Notes: generated by a model not told the origin, from the letters alone. A stretch of 64,000 bases of DNA from Methanobacteriota archaeon (GCA_016207515.1 JACQPN010000005.1:12810-76809); one strand, 5' to 3'. Shown: positions 37,865-48,478, counted from the first letter of the stretch. Translations and numbers: made by a program.

Positions 37865-38735
37865 CGCCGTACCTCGACGAGATCCTCGAATAGGAATCTA
37901 TGCGCCTGTCGCGCAGGAACGGCCAACCGTGCCGCGTCCTCTGGATGTCGGCAAGGTCGCAACGCGCCACGATCGTCTCCTCCTTGTCGCCACTTGCCCG
38001 GGCGATCACCTGTCCCAACGGGCCCGCGACGAAGCTCGCGCCCCAGAACGTCGTCGACCCTTCCTGGCCCACGCGGTTCGCCGCCGCGACGAAGACACCG
38101 TTGGCGATCGCGTGCGAACGCTGGATGGTCTCCCAGGCTTCCCGCTGGGTGTCGGCGACACTGCGGTCGGCTTCGGAATGGCCTATCGCCGTGGGATAGA
38201 ACAGCACCTCGGCGCCCTGTAGCGCCGTGAGTCGCGCCGCCTCCGGATACCACTGGTCCCAACAGATGAGGATGCCGATGCGTCCGAATCGCGTGTCAAA
38301 GGCCCGGTAGCCGGCGTCCCCGGGGGCGAAATAGTACTTTTCCTGGAACCCCGGGTCGTCGGGTATGTGCATCTTCCTGTACGTGCCGAGCATCTTCCCG
38401 TCCGCGTCGATGGCCACGGCGCTGTTGTGGTAGAGCCCCGGGGCCCGCTTCTCGAAAAGGGGCACGATGAGGACGACGCCGAGTTCGGCGGCTAGCCTTG
38501 AGAAGGCCTCCGTCGACGGTCCTGGGATCGTCTCGGCGAGGTCGAAAAACGATGGGTCGTGCGTCTGTGGGAAGTAGAGCGAGCGGTAGAGCTCTTGGAG
38601 GCAGATGATCTCGGCCCCGCGACGGGCCGCATCGCGCACGGCCTGCATCGAGCGTTCCATGTTCTTCACGGGGTCGGTGCCGGCCTTCGCCTGGACGAGT
38701 CCGATCGTGACCGAGGTCGGTCGCGGCTTATGCAT
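37857..38735 (-). CDS. aguB: N-carbamoylputrescine amidase (carbon-nitrogen hydrolase)
   Basis: LQEL, YRKMHIPDDP, EKYYF, ICWDQWYPE; coupled to aguA. Confidence 0.9.
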   Translation of the reverse strand: MHKPRPTSVTIGLVQAKAGTDPVKNMERSMQAVRDAARRGAEIICLQELYRSLYFPQTHDPSFFDLAETIPGPSTEAFSRLAAELGVVLIVPLFEKRAPGLYHNSAVAIDADGKMLGTYRKMHIPDDPGFQEKYYFAPGDAGYRAFDTRFGRIGILICWDQWYPEAARLTALQGAEVLFYPTAIGHSEADRSVADTQREAWETIQRSHAIANGVFVAAANRVGQEGSTTFWGASFVAGPLGQVIARASGDKEETIVARCDLADIQRTRHGWPFLRDRRIDSYSRISSRYGDE

Positions 38736-38837
38736 CGCGCCTGTTACCGTCGAATCCATCTTTAAAGTGTTCCCAAAGTCACGCCCGTTCTTGGGCCCCG
38801 TCTCAGGACCGCGTCCGTCCGTTGCTCGACGCCCGTC

Positions 38838-39740
38838 TCATTGACGTTCCCATACGTCGCCGGTGGGGTGGCGTTCCGAATGCAGTTCCCCGGCGTCCTC
38901 CAGGTCGCGAAGCATCTCGTAGGCCTCTTCGATGCTTGTGCCGAGGACCTCTGCGACTTCGCGGGTCGCTATCCGCTCGGTCTCACCGATGAAATCCGGC
39001 AACCGGGGTGCCTCGCGCGCGACGAGTAGCTTGCCGGCGAAGGTCTCAAGAGTCGAAAGGAGCGCCGGAAGACTCTGGAAACCCACGATGTTGCCCGTCT
39101 TGTCACCGCTACGCACCATGATGGTCGGATACGATTCGAGCCCGCTTGCCTGGAAGCGGCGGACCCGCTCTTCGAATTCGCGAGTGGGCTCCCCGGACTC
39201 CATCGCCTCCGTGAAGGCCGCGGCATCGATGCCGATTGATTCGGCGACCTCGAGCCCCACTTGGGCACGTGAGATGTTGCGCCCGTCCAGATAAGCTGCC
39301 TCGCGTAGCGCCCGGAGGTATTGTGCTTCCGCCCCGGGCGACAAGAGGCGGACCGCGTGGGTGAAGATGCATGCCGGATACGTGCTCTCGGGCCGATCGG
39401 TGCGGACCGCGTCGAGGCGGATGGGCATGCCGGTCGTGCGCTGCACCGTCGCAAAGAATCGTTCTATGTCGAAGCCCACCACCTTGGGGTCCGGCATGGA
39501 TTCGAACATGCCGCCGACGACCGAGCGGAATTCTATCCCGGGGTAACGGAGTTCGATCGTGCGCCGGACGGGTTCGAAACCCCAGCACCAGATGCTCCAC
39601 GGGTCGGTCAGGAGTTCGACCCGGACTTTTCCCCGCGGCACGGGCTCGGGGTCGTCGTTCATCTCCTTCAAGTACCCGAGCGCCCACTGGCTGGGTGTCG
39701 CGATCTCGGCGCCACTTTCCGGAGGCGTCATCTTATCCAC
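38838..39740 (-). CDS. DsbA/YjbH-like thioredoxin-fold protein with C-terminal wHTH
   Basis: TDPWSIWCWGFEP, TGMP, STYPAC, SYPT; C-terminal ATREVAEVLGTS...LRDLEDAGEL. Confidence 0.8.
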   Translation of the reverse strand: MDKMTPPESGAEIATPSQWALGYLKEMNDDPEPVPRGKVRVELLTDPWSIWCWGFEPVRRTIELRYPGIEFRSVVGGMFESMPDPKVVGFDIERFFATVQRTTGMPIRLDAVRTDRPESTYPACIFTHAVRLLSPGAEAQYLRALREAAYLDGRNISRAQVGLEVAESIGIDAAAFTEAMESGEPTREFEERVRRFQASGLESYPTIMVRSGDKTGNIVGFQSLPALLSTLETFAGKLLVAREAPRLPDFIGETERIATREVAEVLGTSIEEAYEMLRDLEDAGELHSERHPTGDVWERQ

Positions 39741-40001
39741 ATGAGCAGCTAGCCGCGACGCCTAATAGAGGCTTCGGTTACGAGGATGACACCGGAAGGT
39801 AGTGCTGCCAGGATGGCGCGGCGACGCTCATGCCGCCACGATGAACCGCGAGGATCGCGCCGCGGCGAAGGCACAACCCTGCGGCGCCGAGGTCCCACTA
39901 TTCGATGGCCACGATAGAATCGCCTTTTGTCACGGGTCCACCCGCGACGACGCGGGCCCGACCGGGCTAACGTCCCGGGTCGTTCCCCGCGTTCGCGTCG
40001 T

Positions 40002-40511
40002 CTATCCCATGGCGGGTCTACCCAACGGGGTCGCGTAGCGCGGGTAGTCGACCTTCGGCGGTTCCACGTTCTTCGACCAGAACGCCGCTAGCACCTCGCC
40101 CCGGTGCCACTGTTCGTGGGTGAAGATGGTGAAGACCAAATCCTGTACCGTGAAGTCCTTCTTCGCGAACCCCTCGACTTCGATGGGTATCTGTCGCAGG
40201 AGGTCGGTTTCCGAGAGCCCGTCAACGTTCTTGTGGGTGCGCGAGCGGGCCGCGCGCCAGTACGCCTCGACGGGCACGAGTTCCCCCCACTCTTTGGTCG
40301 AGTGGCGGGCGACCATCATCTTCTCACCCTCCAACGCGTCGTTGTAGTAGTTCTCGATGTTCGCGATGTGCGTCATGATGCCAAGCGGCGTCATGAACGA
40401 GAAATCCACGGGGCTTACGAGGAGTTCGGCGGGGGCCGCTCTCATGGCGGGCCACCACTTGTCCTGCAAGGCGTCCGAGAAGGCGAGCATCCGGTGGACG
40501 GATATGGCCAT
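40002..40511 (-). CDS. DinB family protein
   Basis: HIANIE and HEQWHRGE histidine motifs. Confidence 0.85.
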   Translation of the reverse strand: MAISVHRMLAFSDALQDKWWPAMRAAPAELLVSPVDFSFMTPLGIMTHIANIENYYNDALEGEKMMVARHSTKEWGELVPVEAYWRAARSRTHKNVDGLSETDLLRQIPIEVEGFAKKDFTVQDLVFTIFTHEQWHRGEVLAAFWSKNVEPPKVDYPRYATPLGRPAMG

Positions 40512-40652
40512 GACCTTGGAACACGCACGTGGGTAATCATGGTTACCGACACCAGCCCCGGCCCCCGGTCCTCTTCCACGCGTCGGAAGGGCTGTACCGC
40601 CGTCGAATTCAAATGCAAACAGGTGTTTTGCGCCTTGTCGGAGGAAGACACC

Positions 40653-40964
40653 ATGGCAAAAACAGCGAAGATCTCAGACCTTGCAGAATACGTGTCGAAG
40701 AAGACCGGAATGAAGCCCCGCGACGCGCGCGAAGGCATCAAGACCACGTTCGACGGCATCGCGGCCCTCTTGAAGAAGAACGACCGCGTGTCCATCACGG
40801 GCATCGGCATCTTCGCGAAGACCGTGAAGCCCGCCCAGAAGGGAGGCCAGAAGGCCATCAACCCCTTCACGAAGGAACCCTACGTGACGAAGTCGAAGCC
40901 CGCACAGACGAAGGTCAAGTTCAGGCCCGGGAAAGGTTTCAAGCAGGGCTTCGGCGGCAAGTAA
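40653..40964 (+). CDS. hup: HU family DNA-binding protein (HTa-like)
   Basis: DL...VS..TG; VSITGIGIF; INPFTKE; VKFRPGK; GGAGG SD. Confidence 0.92.
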   Translation: MAKTAKISDLAEYVSKKTGMKPRDAREGIKTTFDGIAALLKKNDRVSITGIGIFAKTVKPAQKGGQKAINPFTKEPYVTKSKPAQTKVKFRPGKGFKQGFGGK

Positions 40965-41003
40965 AGGAAACAGACCTCGCGTTACAAATCGTTCAACCAC
41001 CGC

Positions 41004-41040
41004 GGTGGGGCACTTGCCCCGCCCGATATTTTTTCTTTTT
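41004..41040 (+). terminator. Hairpin plus T-tract after the HU gene
   Basis: GGTGGGGCA-CT-TGCCCCGCC followed by TTTTTTCTTTTT. Confidence 0.55.
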
Positions 41041-41069
41041 CCCCCATTCTTCGCCGCCGCGTTTCGTTC

Positions 41070-42479
41070 CTACTCGCAACGCGCGGACGCCGTCTCGAAG
41101 GGGACGACGATGCAGGATCTCGTCGACTCACCGCTCCTTCCCGCGGGATTCACCGCCTTCACGAAGTAGTAGTATGTGAGGAAGGGGCCGCGGCCTCCAT
41201 CGGTGAACGACGTGTCGTCCGGGGCGGTTAGCCCCACCAGTTGGCCTTGCGCCATACCGCTTGACGCACGATAGATCTCGTAACCCGTGAGTCCAGGGGC
41301 GTAAACGGGTGGCGACCATGATACCGTGACGCCGAGCGGCGGAATCCCTACTGCGGAGAAGCGGGCGATGACGTCGCGCGGTGGCCCCGGCGGAAGCCAC
41401 GTCGTGGAGCTTGCGACTGCGCTCGCGGCCCCCTCGCCGACGACGGTCAACGAGGTGACGCGATAGAAACGCGTGACGCCTTGCCCGAGGCCGCCTTCAG
41501 TGAGATTCGTGGTGCTGGTGGCCGTCGATCCGATAAGTGCAAAGGGTCCCTCGGCCGCTTCAGCGCCGTAGACGCTGTAGCCGAGGAAGGGGGGCTTCGA
41601 GGGAATCTGGTCCGGTGACGCGCTCCAGGTCACCTTCAATTCGCCGTCACCGCATGGAGCGACAATGATGCTCGCCGGGGGACGCGAATAGTCCCAGACG
41701 GTCGCGGAGCGGCTCGTGGTCGGCTCGCTCTCGCCGACAGAGTTGACCGCCGTCAACCTGTAACACCACGTCGAGGCCGGCTCGAGTCCATCGTCACGAT
41801 AGCCCCGGTTCACGGGGCTGCCGATTAGCGAGAACGCGCCCGCACAGGTGGGTGCCCGGTAGACGTTGTAGTGCGTGAGGTTCACCGTGTCGCCTCCGTC
41901 CCACCAGGGCCCGACCCAACTCATGCTGATGTTGCGGTTGCCGCCGACGGGCGTGAAAGCACCGCTCCAGCGAGGTTCCGTCGGCACCGTGGGCTCCAAG
42001 GCGCATCCACCCGCGTAGAGCGCGAAGTCGATCGTGGAGGCGTCCATCCCGCCCACTTGGATCCGATAGGTCTCTCCGATAGTGCAGTCGAACCAGACCT
42101 CGGGCGAGTGGATTCCTTCGTCCTCCCAGGACGTGGCGCAGGTGAGAAGTGAAAGGGAATCGACGGCGGCGCCCGTGTAGACGGCGAGCGTCGCGTACCA
42201 TTGCGCGTCGAGTTGGACATGCATCTGGCCTTCGGAGATCGGTTCGGCCCGGAACCACAGGGTCTTTCCGGCGTTTCCGCACGGGGCCGGCTCCCCCGGT
42301 TCGGTGGTCGCCCCCGCGTTGTCGCCGTAAAGGGGCATGCCGAAGTGGTCTATGGGTGCGTCGAAGCAATCGTTCACCGGTGCGCCTTCGGGGCAACCGC
42401 CGGTCGCAGGCACGCTTGGCGCGAGCGGGACGAGAAGCAAGGCGACGACGAAGAGGACGAGTCGGGGGGAGACCGCCAT
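41070..42479 (-). CDS. Secreted fibronectin type III repeat protein
   Basis: Signal peptide; three W...Y.(V/I)Y...Y.(V/L)..(VN)..G.S FN3 repeats; N-terminal NDCF...N.GAT.E.GEP domain. Confidence 0.85.
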   Translation of the reverse strand: MAVSPRLVLFVVALLLVPLAPSVPATGGCPEGAPVNDCFDAPIDHFGMPLYGDNAGATTEPGEPAPCGNAGKTLWFRAEPISEGQMHVQLDAQWYATLAVYTGAAVDSLSLLTCATSWEDEGIHSPEVWFDCTIGETYRIQVGGMDASTIDFALYAGGCALEPTVPTEPRWSGAFTPVGGNRNISMSWVGPWWDGGDTVNLTHYNVYRAPTCAGAFSLIGSPVNRGYRDDGLEPASTWCYRLTAVNSVGESEPTTSRSATVWDYSRPPASIIVAPCGDGELKVTWSASPDQIPSKPPFLGYSVYGAEAAEGPFALIGSTATSTTNLTEGGLGQGVTRFYRVTSLTVVGEGAASAVASSTTWLPPGPPRDVIARFSAVGIPPLGVTVSWSPPVYAPGLTGYEIYRASSGMAQGQLVGLTAPDDTSFTDGGRGPFLTYYYFVKAVNPAGRSGESTRSCIVVPFETASARCE

Positions 42480-42660
42480 GGCCTTGGATACGACCCGACC
42501 GCCTTGAATCCGACGCCCGATGCAAACCACGGGTTGCTAGTGAATTCCTATGACGAGGCAGGTTCGCCGTTGGACCGGAGCGCTCCCTGGAAATCCACAT
42601 GGCGTTTCGCGGCACACCAAAGACCAATTGGTCAAGGGCGGGCTCGGGCCGCCAAACGCA

Positions 42661-42807
42661 TCACGGCATGTAGATGAGCCGGCAATTGGAGCACATCACG
42701 ACACGCCCCGTCTTCGGGTCGAAAGGCACACGCGTCATCTCGCCGCACTTGGAACACTTGGCGTCGAACATCTCGGTCCGGACGTGGTCTTTGGATCGCC
42801 AACTCAT
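42661..42807 (-). CDS. CxxC-x17-CxxC domain small protein (48 aa)
   Basis: Manual translation MSWRSKDHVRTEMFDAKCSKCGEMTRVPFDPKTGRVVMCSNCRLIYMP; below the ORF-track cutoff. Confidence 0.85.
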   Translation of the reverse strand: MSWRSKDHVRTEMFDAKCSKCGEMTRVPFDPKTGRVVMCSNCRLIYMP

Positions 42808-42903
42808 GGTGCCACGGCACATGGTAGGGCTTCTGGTCTATTAACTTCACGTCCCGGCGCTCCTCGTGCGTCCCGACTTCCCCCCGATGGGATTGCGGGA
42901 ATC

Positions 42904-44967
42904 ATGCTGGGAACCTTCATCACGCTCGGCGTCTTCGCCCTCCCCGTGCGTCTTCGTTACCGCCCTGAGGGGGACCGCCTCATCCTTCGCCTGGAAGAGA
43001 TCTCGGGCGAAGAAACGCGCCTTTGGAAACTACTTCAGACCATGGGCTGCAGGACTGAAAGCGAGCAGGTGCCGGGGACGCTCACTTGGAGACGGTGGAT
43101 CAAGGCCGTCGACTTTCCCCGCTTGGAACGCGCCTCGAAGTTGACGCGTTGGGAATTGGCGCCCGAAGCGGGCGAGGCGGTCGTCGCCAGCATCACCGGC
43201 CCAAGACTCACTTATGAATCCGAGCGACCGCTCGACCCGGCCGCGTTCATCGAAGCGGCCAAGTCCGACCCCGCCGTGGGTGGAAGCGCGCTGGCTAACG
43301 CCTATGCGACGTTCGACGCGTGGGTGCTAGCGAATCCCGTTTTCGCCAAAGACGGTCAAGCCGACCTCAAAGCACTTGCGAGCGCCATGGAGATCGCCCG
43401 TGAGGCGAACCGGAAGGCGGCGGCCGTCTCCGAGGCGGAGGAGGCTCGCGAACTCGCCCTCGAACTGCGAGGTGTGGCGGGGGAAGACGCCTACGCCGCG
43501 CACGCCGCGCTGAAACGCCTGCACGATGCCGTGAAGAAGGTCCCGCTGCAGCCTGCATCCCCCCGAAGGCCGATGCCGGAACATATTGCGCATTTCCGCG
43601 GGAAACTGCGCCCTTACCAGTTGGAGGGCGTGCGCTTTCTCCTCGAGCGCGACCTGAACGCGATCCTCGCCGACGACATGGGCACGGGAAAGACCATCCA
43701 GGCGATCGCGGCGGTGGAGGCGGCAAACGAGCGCGCTCTGGTCGTGGGCCCGGCGAATGTGCTGTACAATTGGAAGGCCGAGGTCGAGCGCTTCACTGAC
43801 GAGGAGGCGGCGATCTATCATCAGGGACAGCGAAGCGGCCCCGCCGATGCGCGGTTCCTCATCACGACATACGATTCGCTGCAACGCATGGGCGCCGCGG
43901 CGGGCGACGCGCTCGAACGACCGGTCCTCGTCCTCGACGAGGCCCATTACGTCCGCAACCACGAGACGCTTCGCTCACAGCTCGTGCGAGCACTTCCACA
44001 GAAACGGCGGATACTCCTCACGGGCACGCCCCTCGTGAACGGCATCGAGGACTACTACGAACTGCTGCGGCAGGTTGACGCGGACAGGTGGGGCTCGCGC
44101 TCGGCTTTCCGCGAAACGTGGCTCGTCGAACCGGCGCTATTCAACAAATACGTACAAGTACGTACCACTACGGCGAACCTCCTTCAGCGCGCCGCGCGCG
44201 ACGTGATGCTTCGCCGCCGCAAGGACGACGTCCTCAAGGACCTGCCGCCGCGCACGGTGAGCGTGAACCTCCACGAACTCGCGCCCGACCGGCTCCGCGA
44301 GTACCGCCAGTTGGAAGAACGGGCGGAAGAAGCGATACGTGAGGGGGCCGCTTCTGGAAACGAACTGGCGGTCTTTGCCGCCATCCACGCGCTTCGACAA
44401 CACCTTGCCGTTTCGCGCGTGCCAGTGGTCCTCGAAAGGATCCGCGAGCTATTGGCGGCGCAGGAATGCATCGTCGTCTATGCCCATTACCTGGAACCCC
44501 TGCACGCCTTCGCCAGGGAGCTTGGACCCCTCGCCGCGACCATTGAAGGCGCGACACCCCCGAAGGGGCGCATGGAGATATCCAAACGCCTTGGCCAGGA
44601 AGGCGGCCCACGAGTCCTTCTCGCGCAGATGGAAGCCGGCGGCGTCGGATTGAACTTCACCGCCGCGCGCCACGTCCTATTCGTCCACTTCGGCTGGACA
44701 CCGGCCGTCCACGCGCAGGCGATGGACCGCGTGCACCGAATCGGACAGGACAGGCCCGTCTTCGTGGAGTTCTTTGTGACACCGGACACGATCGACGAAC
44801 GGATGGTCAAGATCCTACTAAGGAAGGAAGCGGACCAGAACCTCGTCCTCGCGGATGAAAGCGACATCATGAACAGGAACGAGGTGGCGAGGTTGTTGGC
44901 GGAGGATGCGGCGAGGAGGGTAAAGGCGGAGACGGCGGCCATTGACACTTCCCTTGGGGAACGCTGA
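42904..44967 (+). CDS. SNF2-family helicase/ATPase
   Basis: LRPYQLEG, ILADDMGTGKT, LDEAH, LTGTP, GVGLN, QAMDRVHRIGQ. Confidence 0.92.
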   Translation: MLGTFITLGVFALPVRLRYRPEGDRLILRLEEISGEETRLWKLLQTMGCRTESEQVPGTLTWRRWIKAVDFPRLERASKLTRWELAPEAGEAVVASITGPRLTYESERPLDPAAFIEAAKSDPAVGGSALANAYATFDAWVLANPVFAKDGQADLKALASAMEIAREANRKAAAVSEAEEARELALELRGVAGEDAYAAHAALKRLHDAVKKVPLQPASPRRPMPEHIAHFRGKLRPYQLEGVRFLLERDLNAILADDMGTGKTIQAIAAVEAANERALVVGPANVLYNWKAEVERFTDEEAAIYHQGQRSGPADARFLITTYDSLQRMGAAAGDALERPVLVLDEAHYVRNHETLRSQLVRALPQKRRILLTGTPLVNGIEDYYELLRQVDADRWGSRSAFRETWLVEPALFNKYVQVRTTTANLLQRAARDVMLRRRKDDVLKDLPPRTVSVNLHELAPDRLREYRQLEERAEEAIREGAASGNELAVFAAIHALRQHLAVSRVPVVLERIRELLAAQECIVVYAHYLEPLHAFARELGPLAATIEGATPPKGRMEISKRLGQEGGPRVLLAQMEAGGVGLNFTAARHVLFVHFGWTPAVHAQAMDRVHRIGQDRPVFVEFFVTPDTIDERMVKILLRKEADQNLVLADESDIMNRNEVARLLAEDAARRVKAETAAIDTSLGER

Positions 44968-45151
44968 TGCTGGGCCGTTGCTGGAAAGAAAAGGATTCGG
45001 GCGTCGGACCATGGTACGGTTTCCATGGGGCCCGTGGGCATCGGCCCCGGTTTCAAAGCCCGCCCGATGACTTGGCACGTTTGCCCGATTTCTTAGTTCG
45101 AGGCCCGCACGGGGACGCCCTTCAGGGGCTCCAGTATCGGGATGGTAATGG

Positions 45152-47392
45152 CTACGCGTCGTGACGTGACCATTCTTCGATCAGGCGACGGACCTTCTCT
45201 TTGCTCGACGATGACAAATCTGGTTCCCGTTCCATTGCGGCCACCAGCGCGGCCCGTTCCGCCGGACCAAGCTTTCCGTCGATTAGGCATTTCTCAAGAA
45301 GACCGGCTAGCCCGACCGGAAGGAACCCATAATCCTGATGCAAAACGTTTAATCGCGCATTTCGAGCGAGCTCGTCGACGCGACGCTGCAATAGGTTCAC
45401 TTGGCCGGAATCGAGGCGGCCCGAGGCATGAAGTCCATGGATCCGCTGCCTTCTTGCCGACAGCCGTGTATCATGGATGGCCGGCTCGGTGCGACTCATG
45501 AACTCCTCCGACTCAAGGGCCCTCAGCTCGCGGGCATACACTCGTCGTCGGCCATAGATGCGCCATGCCCCAAAGGCTGATCCAATCGCCGTAATGGCGA
45601 TGCCGGCAATGAAGAAAGTACGTTCTTGGTTCTCGGGGGCGAGCACCGTGCTGGCGAGGTCGGGTTCGACCGGCGGAGAACCTCCCGCCTGGAAGACTTC
45701 GAGCGAACTGCTGGTCTGACCGGCGTCGTTTCGTGCCTGGAAGCGCGCCCGGTATTGGCCCGCCGTCGCGTACGCGTGTTCCAATACCGGTGACGATTGC
45801 CAATCGGTTACGCCTCCGTCCCCCCAATAGGCTCGAAACGCCGTCGCTGCTCCCATGGCTCCCGCGGTCGTATTCGCCAGGCTCACGGAGAAAGAAATGC
45901 CGGGGGGCGGAAAGGAGGTCGACGCGCGGGCGACGACCGTCGGCGAGGCGGGCGTCCGCCCGACAATGGTGATGTTTCCCCGGGCCCCATGAGGAATCCA
46001 TGCGAGCACGGACTCCCCCACGCTCGTGTATCCACTCTGATCGTTCGAAAGCTCAAGGCGCCACAGATGGGCGCCCGTGTTGACATCAAGGGAGTGCACG
46101 GCGCTTCCGACCCCTGACGCCGTGCTGGCGTACACGTTTACGGGAACGAAAAGGTTCGGGCCAGCGCGCACCACGGCGCTGTCGGTGGGTCTTTCAATCG
46201 GCCCCGGCGGGAGCGACCGCTGCCATTCTTCGGTCTGGTCCGTAGACTTGAGTTTGTAGATCGTAGACGCCGAGGCCACGTATAGAAATGGGTCGTCGTA
46301 CGCGAGCCCCGGGTATCCAATCCCCGAAAGAACGTCCTCTGCCCCGATGTCCGAGGTCCAGAGCTCGTTCCCATTCTGGGCATTGTACGCCGTGACCCGG
46401 TTGTCGAAACGAGCGTAAACCACGTTTTCTTGGCCCGTGGCGCACGGGGAAACATAGGCGTAACCGCCCTGCCCGATAGGCTGGTTACCCTCGTATACGG
46501 TTGTCCTGCGCTGGAAACTGCTATTGGCCGTCCAATACATGTCGCCGTTGTCGAGGCCGAAGGTCCATAGGGTCGCCCAAGTGTGGCTGTCCTCCGCGGA
46601 ATACGGCGTTGTCGGTAGCTGGCCAGACGCGGGAAGGCTTGAGTACGTTATGACGAACACACGTTGGCCAATGATGGAAACACATAGCAGCGTGGTATAG
46701 CCCGTGCCTCCTATCGGCGGCTCGGCTCTCAATCCCCCAGTCGCCTGCGCAGCCGCAGCTTCCACCGACAGAACCCGTGTCCACCGAGGGCGCCCTGTCA
46801 CACCATCCAACGACGCCACGATGCTGGCGCCGGTTGTCTCTCCGTCTGCCCGCTGGCCCCAATGGGTGCATCCGGCGATTAGTTCTTTCGGGGTGACAGC
46901 GAGGCCCCGGCACCAAGTCAGAAAGTGGCCCGAAACCGCGCTTTCGGGGATCCAACGCCAGGCCTGCGTCCCGTTCGAGACCCAAGCGGCGTGGATACCT
47001 CGATTTACAGGGACGAAGATCTGCTGTCCGTCGCTAGCTAGGTCCCCGGCCGAAACGTCGTCAACGGGTGATGTCTTAGTGATCTGGGCCGTTTTCAGGT
47101 CAACACGAAAGAGTCCGGTCTCCCCTCGTCCGCCAAATGCCCGAGTGGCCACGAAAGCCCCGCCGTCAAACAGTAACGGCCCGGACCACGTTTCTGTTAC
47201 TCCGGGAAGTGGGAGAATGAAAGCGGTATCATCCGTTTCGGGGCCGGCATCAGTGGTCAGGCCGGTCCGGGCGGCATCGCCAGACGTCTGAAGCCACGGG
47301 GCGGCCGCGCCATCGTGGCCAAGGAGGAGCAAAAGGCCAATCATGGTAGGGATGCGCCATCGTCCCGGCCTTACGGGAGACCGTGTGCTCAC
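45152..47392 (-). CDS. PQQ-like beta-propeller plus PKD domain membrane-anchored protein
   Basis: W.....D.ARTG start, G...W blade repeats, WGDG...HAY...GQY PKD motif, TM helix, cytoplasmic tail. Confidence 0.8.
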   Translation of the reverse strand: MSTRSPVRPGRWRIPTMIGLLLLLGHDGAAAPWLQTSGDAARTGLTTDAGPETDDTAFILPLPGVTETWSGPLLFDGGAFVATRAFGGRGETGLFRVDLKTAQITKTSPVDDVSAGDLASDGQQIFVPVNRGIHAAWVSNGTQAWRWIPESAVSGHFLTWCRGLAVTPKELIAGCTHWGQRADGETTGASIVASLDGVTGRPRWTRVLSVEAAAAQATGGLRAEPPIGGTGYTTLLCVSIIGQRVFVITYSSLPASGQLPTTPYSAEDSHTWATLWTFGLDNGDMYWTANSSFQRRTTVYEGNQPIGQGGYAYVSPCATGQENVVYARFDNRVTAYNAQNGNELWTSDIGAEDVLSGIGYPGLAYDDPFLYVASASTIYKLKSTDQTEEWQRSLPPGPIERPTDSAVVRAGPNLFVPVNVYASTASGVGSAVHSLDVNTGAHLWRLELSNDQSGYTSVGESVLAWIPHGARGNITIVGRTPASPTVVARASTSFPPPGISFSVSLANTTAGAMGAATAFRAYWGDGGVTDWQSSPVLEHAYATAGQYRARFQARNDAGQTSSSLEVFQAGGSPPVEPDLASTVLAPENQERTFFIAGIAITAIGSAFGAWRIYGRRRVYARELRALESEEFMSRTEPAIHDTRLSARRQRIHGLHASGRLDSGQVNLLQRRVDELARNARLNVLHQDYGFLPVGLAGLLEKCLIDGKLGPAERAALVAAMEREPDLSSSSKEKVRRLIEEWSRHDA

Positions 47393-47659
47393 CGTTATTC
47401 ATCCGGCCGGCCTCAAATAAGCCTTACTGCGGCGCCTGTCCACTTTGTGACGGCCGCACCCCGATTTTCTTCGTATAACGCGGAAGAAGATCCTCTGCCG
47501 CTCCCACTGGTCTCGGGAGACCGTTCTGAGTACCAGTTTTTGGCCTCGCATGTTTTCCTGGTGCGGCCATAGGGGCGCCCGCAACGCGAAGCTGACCAAG
47601 TCCACAAGCTCGAAGGCCAGGGAAAACTATAAGCTGTAGCAAAAGCTACAAAATAGAGC

Positions 47660-47941
47660 ATGGCGACGAGTCCGGTCCGCATCCGCGAGGAGGACAAGGC
47701 GCAACTGGAGCGCCTCCGTCGGGAAATCCTCGCTGCCGAGGGGGAGCGACCGACGCAGCAGGAGACGATCGCGAAGATCATCGAATTCGCCGTCCGGCAC
47801 CGCGACCAGTTCGTCGCCGAGGCGACTTGGACGCCCCTCACGCCGCGGGAGTTTCGCAAATGGGTCGCTTTGGTCGAGGCGGGTCAGGGGTTCGAAGCCG
47901 TTTCCCCCGCCGAGATCGACGACATTGTATACGGTGCATGA
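47660..47941 (+). CDS. Putative VapB-type antitoxin
   Basis: RHH-like N-terminus (PVRIREEDKAQLERL); acidic C-terminus EIDDIVYG; overlaps PIN gene. Confidence 0.75.
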   Translation: MATSPVRIREEDKAQLERLRREILAAEGERPTQQETIAKIIEFAVRHRDQFVAEATWTPLTPREFRKWVALVEAGQGFEAVSPAEIDDIVYGA

Positions 47942-48360
47942 TGACGGTCGTTCTGGACACGTCGGTGCTTGCGGCGTTCGTGAATCCCCGCGATCCGCTA
48001 CACAAGGCCGCACAGGAAATCTTGGAGCGATGCAGCGGCGGCGAATTGGGAAAGCCCGTGAGTTCGGAGCACATCCTCATCGAGGGACTTACTTTGCTCC
48101 AGCGAAGGGCCGGCCGGCCGGAGGTCTCCAGGTGCTATGCAGCCCTTTTCACGGGAGGTAATGGTGTGCCGAGCCTGGTCCATCCTCTACGAACCGGGCG
48201 CGAGGAACTGGGCCGCGCCGTCGAGGCGCACTTCCGCCACTTCGCCAAGCGCCTGAGTGTGGTCGATTGCGTACTCCTTGTCATGGCCGAGGACATGGAC
48301 GCACCCATCGCATCCTTTGATACTGGTTTCGACGGGCTCGTCGAGCGAATCGCACGGTAG
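47938..48360 (+). CDS. vapC: PIN-domain VapC toxin
   Basis: VVLDTS, D..H..A, E, LSVVDC, IASFD.GF. Confidence 0.9.
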   Translation: MMTVVLDTSVLAAFVNPRDPLHKAAQEILERCSGGELGKPVSSEHILIEGLTLLQRRAGRPEVSRCYAALFTGGNGVPSLVHPLRTGREELGRAVEAHFRHFAKRLSVVDCVLLVMAEDMDAPIASFDTGFDGLVERIAR

Positions 48361-48478
48361 CCCCGAAGCGGGAGGCCCTCGGGCCCAGGACCACAAGGGC
48401 TGGCCTTCGCTTGGGGGAAGAAAAGTCCGCAAACGGAAAGGGCACCACCACTATGTCGCCTGCTACAGGTCGGCCCAC
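48361..48478 (-). pseudogene. Truncated PemK/MazF toxin
   Basis: GDIVVVPFPFADFSSPKRRPALVV, then similarity ends where the convergent vapC ends. Confidence 0.75.
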
